Source of the DNA: Verrucomicrobiota bacterium
GTDB lineage: Bacteria > Verrucomicrobiota > Verrucomicrobiia > Limisphaerales > UBA11358
Reading direction: 5' to 3'
NCBI GenBank assembly: GCA_050012035.1
Contig: JBEKHY010000002.1
Location: forward strand, 68,302 to 132,301
DNA length: 64,000 nucleotides
Shown here: positions 1 to 11,180 of the stretch, one piece after another
Layout of the letters: every line of letters begins with the position of its first letter
Position numbering within the stretch: the stretch's first letter is position 1
Translations under genes and position numbers: made by a program
The notes under the pieces: model-generated
What the model saw: the letters and a program-made list of their open reading frames with translations, nothing else
Databases searched by the model: none
What the model was told of the DNA's origin: nothing

Positions 1-1898
<1,898 letters not shown>

Positions 1899-1993
1899 AA
1901 TTGCTAGTTGCGTAGAATTGTTTTGTTAATATCTTGTCAATAAGTTTAGGAATTGGAGTAAAATCGAAAGAGCAAATCTTTTTCTGCGAACAG

Positions 1994-2692
1994 ATGACCG
2001 GCAGCACCCAGAATTTTCTGAACACCGGTATATATACCGTGCCGGAAGCAGCGCGATTGAGTCGTGTTTCGACTGGCCGCATCCGGCGCTGGCTACGTGG
2101 TTACAAGTTTCGCACCAAGAAGAAGCGGGAGTATCACTCACCAGCACTATGGCATGGGCAGCTAGAACCTATTGACCATAGCCTCGCTCTGGGATTTCTA
2201 GACTTGATCGAAATCAGGTTCGTGGATGCTTTTTTAAGGGCAGGCGTTAGCTGGGCGATGCTTCGTAAAGCACACGAGCGAGGCAAGGAACTGTTCAAGA
2301 CCCCACATCCATTTTGCACACGCAGATTTAAAACCGACGGGCATGAAATTTTTGTAGAGCTCCACAAAGAAACGGGCGAGTCCAGCCTCGTTGAGATCGC
2401 CCACAATCAACATGTCTTTGTTCAAATTGTCAGTTCGTTCCTTAAGGAGTTGGAATTCGGCGGAGCTGATGTTCTACTCCGCTGGAGGCCAACGACAAGC
2501 AGACGACTCGTTGTCCTCGATCCAACGCGCAATTTCGGACGGCCCATTGTTGCTAAATATGGTGTGCCAACGGAAATTTTGTTCCGCGCCAGCAAAGCTT
2601 GCGGTTCGGTCGGAGAGGTTTCTCGTTGGTATGAAGTGCCGGAGATTGAAATAGATGACGCGGTAGAGTTCGAGCAGTCGCTCGCCGCATGA
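1994..2692 (+). CDS. DUF433-family antitoxin (HTH + DUF433, VapB45-like)
   Basis: GIYTVPEAARL N-terminal HTH, FLDLIEIRFV, C-terminal VVLDPTRNFGRPIV..GVPTE..AVEFE; stop overlaps the start of a PIN-type gene. Confidence 0.8.
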   Translation: MTGSTQNFLNTGIYTVPEAARLSRVSTGRIRRWLRGYKFRTKKKREYHSPALWHGQLEPIDHSLALGFLDLIEIRFVDAFLRAGVSWAMLRKAHERGKELFKTPHPFCTRRFKTDGHEIFVELHKETGESSLVEIAHNQHVFVQIVSSFLKELEFGGADVLLRWRPTTSRRLVVLDPTRNFGRPIVAKYGVPTEILFRASKACGSVGEVSRWYEVPEIEIDDAVEFEQSLAA

Positions 2693-3138
2693 GGTTTTTC
2701 CTCGATAATTGCCTTGCCATTCGTCATGCCCGGGCTCTCAACGAAATGGTGAAACCGGAACACAGCTTTACACACCTACAAGAAAAATTTCGACCGGACG
2801 TGAAGGACGAGGAATGGATTTGCCTACTCGGTAAACCGACCGCGCGGGAAATCGCCCAGACCAGCGCGACGTTCACGGGCAGCCTCACGGCGATTGACCT
2901 GGGTCAAAAAACCTTGAAAGCCAAAGCCACCTTCGCCACGAAGAAGTTCAGCCTGGGCGATGACTGCGCCATTGTCGTCAATGGCAAACCGGACGGGAAA
3001 TTGACCGACCTCAGGCCCGGTGAAAATCTGGCATTCAGTTACGACGACGTGAATGGCGTGAATATTGTAAACCGGATTGCTCCGGCGGGAACGGAATCAG
3101 CCACGCAAACGACGGCAGGGCAGTCGTTGCCGCAATAA
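2689..3138 (+). pseudogene. Truncated PIN-domain toxin (VapC45-like) fused to an unrelated C-terminal fragment
   Basis: MRFFLDNCL...HLQEKF...KDEEWI matches the PIN N-terminus; the expected downstream PIN motifs are absent and composition changes near 2835. Confidence 0.6.
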
Positions 3139-3160
3139 TCCGTTTCCAGATCGTTCAAAC

Positions 3161-3195
3161 GAGCACGTTCCCATGGGGACGTGCTCTTTTTCTTT
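3161..3195 (+). terminator. Rho-independent terminator
   Basis: gagcacgttccc-atg-gggacgtgctc followed by tttttcttt. Confidence 0.7.
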
Positions 3196-3285
3196 CCTTC
3201 GGCATGCGGCGAAAGGCGATGTGTTCAGACAGGGAAAAGAACATAGCGCGAGCCCGCACAATCTGCAAAAATCCGGGCAGGCGAA

Positions 3286-6180
3286 ATGATTTCCGTCATC
3301 GAACATCAACCCGCCGGGGCAGGCATTGATTTGGTCAAACAAGTCGAGGGAATTTTTTCACCGACGGGGCTACTGTCGCGCGCGAAGAATTTTGAATTTC
3401 GCCCGCAGCAGCAGGAAATGGCCGTGGCGGTGGCGCGCGCGTTGCAGGGGCGCGAGCATCTCGCGGTCGAGGCGGGCACCGGCGTCGGCAAATCGCTGGC
3501 GTATCTGATTCCGGCCATCCTCTTTGCGGTGGCGCAGGAGAAAAAGGCCGTTGTCTCCACACACACCATCAATTTGCAGGAGCAGCTCACGGAAAAAGAC
3601 CTGCCGATGCTCGTGACTGTGCTCGGCGCACTGACGCCGCCGGTGAAGTTCAGTTTTGCCATGCTCAAAGGGCGCGCGAATTATCTCTGCACGCGCCGGC
3701 TGCAAAAAGCGATGCAGCAATCCGGCAATCTGTTCACGTCGTCCGAGGCCGAGGAGTTGCGGCGCATCTACGCGTGGTCAAAGAAAACCCGGGACGGCAG
3801 TTTGTCGGACTTCGACGTCGAACCCGACCCGAAGGTGTGGGCGCTGGTCTGCTCCGAGCGCGGGTTGTGCTCGCCGAAAATCTGCGGGTATCCGTCTGAT
3901 TTTGCCAAGGACCACGGCGTCTGCTTTTTCCAGCGCGCACGGAACAAGATTCTCTCATCGGACGTGCTGGTATTGAACCACACGCTGTTTTTCACGCTGC
4001 TCGGCGGCATCGAGGAGGAAGTTGAGGGCGGCATTTTGTTCAAGAACGACTTTGTGATTTTCGACGAGGCACACCAGATGGAACGGGTCGCGTCGAAACA
4101 CATTGGCCTGAGCGTGTCAAGCGGCCAGGTGCGTTACGCGTTGAACCGGCTCTGGAATCCGCGCACGGAAAAGGGCCTGCTCGCCACCTTGCGCAAGGGC
4201 GCCGCGGTGAAACTCGTCGCCGATATTCTGGATGAAGCCGACAAGTTTTTTGAAAACGTTGAGGCTGCGTGTGATGAGATTCAGCGCAATGCTGGAAAAA
4301 ACAGTTTCGGCGCGACGGAATCCCGCCCCACCAGCCGGAAGTGGACGGAACTTCGCATCCGCCGCGCGGAACTGGTGCAGGACAATGTTACTTTGCCCAT
4401 CCAGCGCCTGCGCGAAGCGGTGAGCGATTTGATCAAGCTGAGCGAGGACAAGGACATCGGGCAGGAATTGATCGAGTGCAACCGGCGGCTGGCCGAGTTG
4501 CGCGACGCGGTGAAAGCGTTCCTCGAACAGAGCGCCGCCGACCACGTTTACTGGGTCGAACGCAGCGGCAAGGCGCAAAAGAACCTTTCGCTGAACGCCG
4601 CGCCGATTGACGTGGCGGAATTTCTGCGCCGGCGTTTGTTTGAGAGCGACACGAGCATCATCATGACCAGCGCGACGCTGGCGACCGTAGGACAGGCGTC
4701 ACGCCTGTCTAGCGAGCGCGCCAGCGCGAGCGGTCAAACAAAATCAGGGCAAGTTACGCCGACTTCATCGGCGCGGGCAGGCGGGACGCCCGCCCTACTC
4801 TTCGCACCGTTCGACCCGGATGCGCCGGTTGGCATCTATGGACGACATTTACCGCATTGGCGGCAATCGAGCGCGACGTATTTTGTCACGTTTCGGCTCG
4901 CTGATTCCATCCCGCAGGACAGACTCCGACAGTGGGAGCGGGAGTTGGCCGAGTGGCTGAAAAAAAATCCGGAACCGCATTCAACGGCGCAAAAAGCCGA
5001 GTTTCATGAGCGGTTCACGGAGAGGTTTCAGCGCTGGCTTGACGCGGGCATGGGTGAATGTGTGCTGCGAAGGCCGGAAATTTCCACCGTCGTGGAAGGA
5101 GCGCTGTGTCACTTTGATGGCGAGCGTTACGTCCTCGGTCATTACGTCATCATGCCCAACCACGTCCACGTTGTGGTGCGGCCCGTGCAAGGAAATCTGC
5201 TCAAAGACATCGCCCATTCCTGGAAATCTTTCACGGCGCACAAACTGAATGAAATGTTGGGCCGCACCGGGCAATTATGGCAGGACGAATCCTTTGATTG
5301 CATTGTGCGCAATGCACTGCAACTGGAAAAAATCGGATTTTACATCCGGGAAAATCCGCCAAAAGCCGGTTTGAGGCCGGGAGAGTTTAGACTGGGAGCG
5401 GGTCGTAACGTAGGGCAGGCGTCCCGCCTGCCCAATACGCGCGAAAACGCGGACAAAGAAGAGAAAGAACTTGCGCCGGCTGCGTCGGCGCGGGCAGGCG
5501 GGACGCCCGCCCTACATTACTTCATCCGCCGCGTCGGCGCGGAATCGGCCACCCAACTGCAGGTCGGCACGCCGTTCGATTACGAGCGGCAGATGAAAAT
5601 TTTTGTCGCCAAAAAAATGCCCGACCCGCGCGAAGCCGGTTACGCCGACGCCCTCGAACATTGGATCGAACACTTCGTGAAGCAAACGCACGGCAAAGCC
5701 TTCGTGCTGTTCACGAATTACAAGCTCATGCAGGAACTCGGTGAGCGGATGGAACCGTTTTTTGACAGGTTCGGCGTCGCGTGTTTCGTGCAAGGCACCG
5801 GCACGCCGCGCACGACGATGCTGGAGAAGTTCAAAGACGACGTGGACTCGGTGTTGTTCGGCACGGACAGTTTCTGGCAGGGGGTGGATGTGCCGGGCGA
5901 ATCGCTCAGCAACGTCATCATCACGCGGCTGCCGTTTGCCGTGCCCGACCATCCGCTCATCGAGGCGCGCATCGAGGCGATTGAAGCGCGCGGCGGCGAT
6001 TCGTTCCGGGAATTCTCGCTGCCGGAGGCGATTTTGAAATTCCGCCAGGGCGTCGGCCGGCTGATCCGCACGAAGACCGACACCGGCATCATCGTCGTTT
6101 TGGATAACCGGGTTTTGACGAAGCAATACGGGCAGGCGTTTCTCGACGCGCTGCCGAAATGCCCGGTGGAAATTGTGTGA
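3286..6180 (+). CDS. dinG: DinG/YoaA-family SF2 helicase with an in-frame inserted RAYT domain
   Basis: Q motif FEFRPQQ, EAGTGVGKS, KGRANYLC (FeS region), [35 protein letters not shown]. Confidence 0.93.
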   Translation: MISVIEHQPAGAGIDLVKQVEGIFSPTGLLSRAKNFEFRPQQQEMAVAVARALQGREHLAVEAGTGVGKSLAYLIPAILFAVAQEKKAVVSTHTINLQEQLTEKDLPMLVTVLGALTPPVKFSFAMLKGRANYLCTRRLQKAMQQSGNLFTSSEAEELRRIYAWSKKTRDGSLSDFDVEPDPKVWALVCSERGLCSPKICGYPSDFAKDHGVCFFQRARNKILSSDVLVLNHTLFFTLLGGIEEEVEGGILFKNDFVIFDEAHQMERVASKHIGLSVSSGQVRYALNRLWNPRTEKGLLATLRKGAAVKLVADILDEADKFFENVEAACDEIQRNAGKNSFGATESRPTSRKWTELRIRRAELVQDNVTLPIQRLREAVSDLIKLSEDKDIGQELIECNRRLAELRDAVKAFLEQSAADHVYWVERSGKAQKNLSLNAAPIDVAEFLRRRLFESDTSIIMTSATLATVGQASRLSSERASASGQTKSGQVTPTSSARAGGTPALLFAPFDPDAPVGIYGRHLPHWRQSSATYFVTFRLADSIPQDRLRQWERELAEWLKKNPEPHSTAQKAEFHERFTERFQRWLDAGMGECVLRRPEISTVVEGALCHFDGERYVLGHYVIMPNHVHVVVRPVQGNLLKDIAHSWKSFTAHKLNEMLGRTGQLWQDESFDCIVRNALQLEKIGFYIRENPPKAGLRPGEFRLGAGRNVGQASRLPNTRENADKEEKELAPAASARAGGTPALHYFIRRVGAESATQLQVGTPFDYERQMKIFVAKKMPDPREAGYADALEHWIEHFVKQTHGKAFVLFTNYKLMQELGERMEPFFDRFGVACFVQGTGTPRTTMLEKFKDDVDSVLFGTDSFWQGVDVPGESLSNVIITRLPFAVPDHPLIEARIEAIEARGGDSFREFSLPEAILKFRQGVGRLIRTKTDTGIIVVLDNRVLTKQYGQAFLDALPKCPVEIV
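4687..5515 (+). mobile_element. REP-flanked REP-associated tyrosine transposase (RAYT/TnpA-REP, Y1 HUH) cassette inserted in frame in dinG
   Basis: RHLPHW, YFVTFRLADS, YVIMPNHVH (HUH), SWKSFTA, WQDESFD, YIRENP..AGL (catalytic Tyr); REP doublets at 4687-4798 and 5410-5515. Confidence 0.9.
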
Positions 6181-6954
6181 TTTTTTCCGTAGGACAGGCG
6201 TCGCGCCTGTCACAAATCGAAGCAGAAGCGCCTTAAGGCGGAATTTCTTCAGATGGAGACAGGCGAGACGCCTATCCTACGCTCCTACGATTTTAAAATT
6301 CGCCAGGGCGTCGGCCGGCTGATCCGCACGAAGACCGACACCGGCATCATCGTCGTTTTGGATAACCGGGTTTTGACGAAGCAATACGGCCAATCCTTTC
6401 TTGATGCGTTGCCGAAGTGCCCCGTGGAGATTGTTTGAATTTTCTGTAGGACAAGCGTCGCGCCTGTCACAAATCGAAGCAGAAGCGCCTTAAGGCGGAA
6501 TTTCTTCAGATGGAGACAGGCGAGACGCCTATCCTACGCTCCTACGATTTTGAAATTCCGCCAGGGCGTCGGCCGGCTGATCCGCACGAAGACCGATACC
6601 GGCATCATCGTCGTTTTGGATAATCGCGTGTTGACGAAGCAATACGGCCAGTCATTTCTCGATGCGCTGCCGAAGTGCCCCGTGGAGATTGTTTGAATTT
6701 TCTGTAGGACAGGCGTCGCGCCTGTCACAAATCGAAGCAGAAGCGCCTCAAGGCGGAATTTCTTCAGATGGAGACAGGCGAGACGCCTATCCTACACTCC
6801 TACGATTTTAAAAATTCGCCAGGGCGTGGGCCGGCTGATCCGCACCAAGACCGACACCGGCATCATCGTCGTTTTGGATAACCGGGTTTTGACGAAGCAA
6901 TACGGCCAGTCATTTCTCGGTGCGCTGCCGAAATGCCCGGTGAAAATTGTTTGA
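6029..6954 (+). repeat. Tandem array (~257-258 bp period): dinG 3' ~150 bp x4 alternating with REP doublet x3
   Basis: dinG tail copies at 6029-6180, 6288-6438, 6545-6696 and 6803-6954; REP doublets at 6189-6280, 6446-6537 and 6704-6795. Confidence 0.93.
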
Positions 6955-6958
6955 AGCA

Positions 6959-7861
6959 CTATTTGGAAGAAGGCAACAGCAACTGAAACGTAGTCGGAAC
7001 GTTTGTACTGATCGGATTAAAAAACGGATCGTATCGCACCACTTCCTTGAAATTGCCATTGCTATCACCGCCTCGCCAAAGTTCGGTCAGCACACCGTTC
7101 TGAAATATTTCCCGCATGGTGGAAAATTTCGAGCCATTGGGTTTGATGTCCAGCTGTTGAATTATCTGGTGCTTGTATGTGCAAAATTCATCTGGAATGC
7201 CGTTAAAATCGGTATCCTTTTGCAATGTGTCTGCTCCATCATCTGAAAGTGTCCACCATTCGTCCGGCTTTCCATCGAAATTATTGTCATATTCTGAGCG
7301 CACCGCTCGGCCATGTTCAAAAAAAGTCCAATGGTCCCAATCTCCGTCGAGATTTCTGTCTTTCATAAATTCGACCAGATGCCCATCCCGGTAAATCCAT
7401 GCTTCGTCAATTTTCCCGTCCGTTGTGTGATGGTAATATGTCTTCGTTCCAAGTTTTTCCGCCCGTTGGTAAAGCAAACAAAGCATTACTCCAAGGATCA
7501 CCCCGATAACCGCGCTGAACATGATTTGACCCAGAGCCAGTTTTTTTGGTGGAACAGTTTCCGGCGGAGCAGCAGCGACGGCTTCAGTTTCGATTTGATT
7601 AATTTCCCTGGGCGATACTTGCGCATCCAGCAAGGCGATGGCGGCTTCGGCATCCGCAGCGCGAACCAGCAAACGGACGCCACCGGGAGCTGTTAAATTT
7701 GGCAACATACCGCCGGCATCGTCAGAGTTTAACCAACATTGAATTCCATGTGCTTCAAGGTTTGTTGCGGCAACTTCGGCGGCATCGTGGCTGGTGAACA
7801 CACGAATCGTTGCAGTTTTCACTTCGTTGTGAAGACCACCGTTAGTTGGTTCGGAAGCCAT
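6959..7861 (-). CDS. Hypothetical membrane-anchored protein (DUF2007-like N-terminus, one TM helix, DxNxDGxxD repeats)
   Basis: 300-aa ORF; AATNLEAHGI..GGVRLLV; DRNLDGDWD, DNNFDGKPD, DTDFNGIPD; AT-richer than flanks. Confidence 0.65.
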   Translation of the reverse strand: MASEPTNGGLHNEVKTATIRVFTSHDAAEVAATNLEAHGIQCWLNSDDAGGMLPNLTAPGGVRLLVRAADAEAAIALLDAQVSPREINQIETEAVAAAPPETVPPKKLALGQIMFSAVIGVILGVMLCLLYQRAEKLGTKTYYHHTTDGKIDEAWIYRDGHLVEFMKDRNLDGDWDHWTFFEHGRAVRSEYDNNFDGKPDEWWTLSDDGADTLQKDTDFNGIPDEFCTYKHQIIQQLDIKPNGSKFSTMREIFQNGVLTELWRGGDSNGNFKEVVRYDPFFNPISTNVPTTFQLLLPSSK

Positions 7862-8214
7862 AATCGCGCAAAGGAATAGTCTTTGGTTTCGATACGTAAA
7901 GCCAAAAACCCGACCTGCTGGCTCTGCCCGTCATGTTTTCGACACATGAGGCGCACCGAAAACCTCATAGACGAACTCATCGCACTGCCGAAATGTCCGG
8001 TGGAGATTGTCTTAATTGTCACGCACTTGACACGAAAACGTCACTTGCGAATCCGGGAACGTGGGTTAAGTTGGCAACGTCGTACAAAGCGGGTGTTGGG
8101 TATGTAGTTTGTGTGTTGCCCGACGCCCGCTTTGCTTTCAGTCCCAAGCTCCAGCCCAAAGAGGTCTTCGAGTTATCACTTTTCCCAAGGCTAAAACGCG
8201 CTATACTGGCCCGC

Positions 8215-9261
8215 ATGTATCGGACGCAGGATTTGCGCGTCAAGGAAATCGTCCGGCTCCTGACGCCGCAGGCATTGAAGGCGCAGTTGCCGGCGACCAA
8301 GACGGCCAACACCACCGTGGCGCGCAGCCGCGAACGGGTCATCCGCATTTTACAGCAAAAAGACCCGCGCCTGCTCGTCGTCATCGGCCCCTGCTCGATT
8401 CACGACGAAAAAGGCGCCCTTGATTACGCGGCGCGGCTCAATGCGCTCCGTGAGAAACTTGCCGACCGCCTGGAAATCGTCATGCGCGTTTATTTTGAGA
8501 AACCGCGCACGACCATCGGTTGGAAAGGGTTGATCAATGACCCGCACCTGGACGGGTCGCAAGACATCGAGACGGGTTTGAAAATTGCCCGGCGGCTGTT
8601 GCTGGCCATCACCGGCATGGGCCTGCCGGCGGCAACGGAATTTCTCGACCCCATCGTGCCGCAATACATCGCGGACCTGGTCACGTGGGCGGCGATTGGC
8701 GCGCGCACAACGGAATCGCAGACCCACCGCGAGATGGCCAGCGGCCTTTCCATGCCAGTCGGTTTGAAAAACAACACGGACGGCAGCCTGCAATCGGCGA
8801 TTGACGCGATGGGCGCGGCGCGGCATCCGCACAGTTTTCTGGGCATAGACCAGGACGGCGTCACGGCCATCGTGCGCACAACCGGCAATCCCGGCACGCA
8901 CATCGTGCTGCGCGGCGGACGGGCACGGACGAATTACGATGCGGCCAGCATCCGCGACGCCGAGGCGAAATTGAAATCGGAAAAATTGCCGCCGATTTTG
9001 ATGGTGGATTGCAGCCACGCGAATTCCGGCAAACAACCCGCGCGGCAGGAGAACGTCTGGCGCAGCGTGATTCGGCAACGGGTCGGAGGCACGCGCTCGC
9101 TCATCGGCCTGATGGTCGAGAGCAACCTCAACGAGGGCAACCAGCCCATTCCGAAAAATCCGGCCGACCTGCGTTATGGTGTGTCCATCACCGACTCGTG
9201 CATCGGGTGGGAAACCACCGAACGGATGCTGCGTTGGGGCTACGAAGAGCTGGCAAAATAA
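8215..9261 (+). CDS. aroG: 3-deoxy-7-phosphoheptulonate (DAHP) synthase, class I alpha
   Basis: [63 protein letters not shown]; the paralog name (aroF/G/H) is uncertain. Confidence 0.93.
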   Translation: MYRTQDLRVKEIVRLLTPQALKAQLPATKTANTTVARSRERVIRILQQKDPRLLVVIGPCSIHDEKGALDYAARLNALREKLADRLEIVMRVYFEKPRTTIGWKGLINDPHLDGSQDIETGLKIARRLLLAITGMGLPAATEFLDPIVPQYIADLVTWAAIGARTTESQTHREMASGLSMPVGLKNNTDGSLQSAIDAMGAARHPHSFLGIDQDGVTAIVRTTGNPGTHIVLRGGRARTNYDAASIRDAEAKLKSEKLPPILMVDCSHANSGKQPARQENVWRSVIRQRVGGTRSLIGLMVESNLNEGNQPIPKNPADLRYGVSITDSCIGWETTERMLRWGYEELAK

Positions 9262-9297
9262 TCAGAACCGACGACTTCGACGATGTAATTCACTATG

Positions 9298-9357
9298 GGT
9301 GGGGCCGCGCTGCCGCGCGGCCAATCGTGTCCGGCGGCGCCGCAGCGCCGCCCTACC
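9298..9357. repeat. Intergenic REP doublet (GGTRG...CTACC family)
   Basis: ggtggggccgcgctgccgcgcggcc ... ggcggcgccgcagcgccgccctacc between convergent genes. Confidence 0.7.
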
Positions 9358-9364
9358 ATTGCTC

Positions 9365-10483
9365 CTATGGCCAGGACCAAGCGTAGGGGAACTGCAGCCG
9401 GTAAAACAACTGCGGCGAACCGGAGGCCGGAACAAAGACCGTTTGCGTGACGTTGGTGCTGTTGAAGCTTGCCTTGGTTGTCCAGTTCGTCAGCACAAGA
9501 TTCGTGCAGCCCTCCACAAAACCATTCAGACCAATTGGAACGTTGGCCACATCTAGCCGATTACTACCATTGAGCACTGTGAAGTTGGTGATTTGCACGG
9601 GCGAGACGAGTTGCTTGGCAATATCGGCCATCACCGCATGGGCCTTCGCGCTCGGATCATTTGCATCCCAAAAGATGTAGTTTGTGCCTGGACCATTTGT
9701 GGTCTTGTTACTCAGTGTGGGATCCTCGATTACATCAATGCTAAGTCCCTCAAAGAGAGCATTGATCACTCCATAGTTGGTGGGGTACGCAATCAGGTTG
9801 GTGAGCAGGGTGAAAAAGTCTGGCATATAAATCGTCAGGCCGGGGTAATTTGAATTTGTCCTTGCCAGGTTCAAGATGTTGGTAAAACCAACGTTGTAAT
9901 CAAGGCACCTTTGGTGGATGAATGCCGTGTTGGCGAAATAGTTAAACTTTGGAATCGTGGAAAGATCCACGGCATTCGGCATAATCAACGTGCGGGCGCC
10001 TTTGGCATACAAGTTGGTGATGGCCTTAAAATGATTGCTGAGAGACAGGTTGATTGTATTGGTCCACACGTTCATGCTGCTGTCGTTGTTTAGTGCCGGA
10101 TAAAATAAATCTGCGTTGTTGACCCAGATGACGAACAGAATGCTACTCATGCTCACACCCGATGGTGGTGTGAAGCTGCTGACACTTACCACCATAGAGG
10201 TGCTGGTATTGCCGAAGTAGGACCAGTTGTTGGTGGGGTAAAGAGTCAATCCCTGCCGCTGAGCCAGTACCTCAACCCAAACACGGCCGTTGGAATTACG
10301 TTTACCGTAGTAAGATGACCCACCCGGTCCATTTGTTGTAGCGGAAAGGCCGTCACCAAAAACCTGGAACGACGTGAATGCGGCTTGTGCCTGAGAGACG
10401 ACAGGGCTTAATAACAAAATGCCGACTGTGAATCGAATCAGGCGTATCACGTTGCAAGTCCGCATCATGTAAGTCTGCTTCAT
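9365..10483 (-). CDS. Secreted SGNH/GDSL-fold protein with degenerate catalytic residues
   Basis: Signal peptide; FGDGLS, RNSNGRVWVE, IWVNNAD, LYAKGAR, YIFWDANDPS. Confidence 0.8.
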   Translation of the reverse strand: MKQTYMMRTCNVIRLIRFTVGILLLSPVVSQAQAAFTSFQVFGDGLSATTNGPGGSSYYGKRNSNGRVWVEVLAQRQGLTLYPTNNWSYFGNTSTSMVVSVSSFTPPSGVSMSSILFVIWVNNADLFYPALNNDSSMNVWTNTINLSLSNHFKAITNLYAKGARTLIMPNAVDLSTIPKFNYFANTAFIHQRCLDYNVGFTNILNLARTNSNYPGLTIYMPDFFTLLTNLIAYPTNYGVINALFEGLSIDVIEDPTLSNKTTNGPGTNYIFWDANDPSAKAHAVMADIAKQLVSPVQITNFTVLNGSNRLDVANVPIGLNGFVEGCTNLVLTNWTTKASFNSTNVTQTVFVPASGSPQLFYRLQFPYAWSWP

Positions 10484-10874
10484 GCCAGACCGAAAGTAAA
10501 GACCAGGGCGGGAGCGCAAGGGCGGATGCAGTGGGCGCCGCTTGACACCACCGCCCAGTCGGTTGTGAACCATAAAGAGCAACGCGGGGCCGGAAAGCGC
10601 CACGAACCCGCAACCTCGAAGGCTGCGCCAAGCAGCGCAGGCATCCTTGAACCCCATTCATCCTCTTGCCCTTGTATGGGATACGCAGGAGCGACGGCCA
10701 ATCTTTCAAATATCGAAAATTATTTTCAAAATCACACCTCGATTAAGCGGTAATCAAACCAGGTGGCGAGGATGATAAACCGTTCCGCGCATTCTCGTGG
10801 CATCGTTGCCCAGCACCGGGGAAGGTTCGGGGCTAAAATCGGCGGGGCGAGACTCCCGGCGAGCCGGGTTGGAT

Positions 10875-10935
10875 TTTTGGACTGCGGCGACACGTCACCG
10901 CTTTGAAAGCGCGGACATGTCCGCGCACTCCAAAA
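10875..10935. repeat. Intergenic palindromic repeat (TTGGAnTGCG...CGCACTCCAA)
   Basis: ttttggactgcggcgacacgtcaccgc ttt gaaa gcgcggacatgtccgcgcactccaaaa. Confidence 0.7.
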
Positions 10936-11180
10936 TCTTTCCGGCTCGCACCTTCGCGGCGGCGAAACCGCTGCGGCGGCGCAGGCGCGAGGACGCTCGC
11001 CCTATCCAGTTAACCCACCACCTTGAATTGGGTTTCAAGACCTCGCGAAACTGGTTCCTCCGGAAACAGGTGGATATTTGCTGGCGCAACGCAAAGCGGC
11101 AGGTAACCTGCTGGCTCAAGCGCACACCCATGCGCACCCGCGGTGTTTGTCCAAGTGTTTGAACCAATGAATCGGCGAAT

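Noticed and set aside
4687..5515. Intein or IStron in dinG
   Set aside because: No splice-junction residues (Cys/Ser start, His-Asn end) and no recognisable group I intron core; the insert is fully explained by REP-RAYT-REP.
6253..6438. 61-aa [13 protein letters not shown]...PVEIV as a real gene
   Set aside because: It is a chance fusion of a REP arm and a dinG tail copy; the frame is not kept in the other repeat units.
6181..6954. CRISPR array or DGR template interpretation of the tandem repeat
   Set aside because: The period is ~258 bp with no unique spacers and no cas or reverse transcriptase gene; differences are synonymous-type, not adenine-specific.
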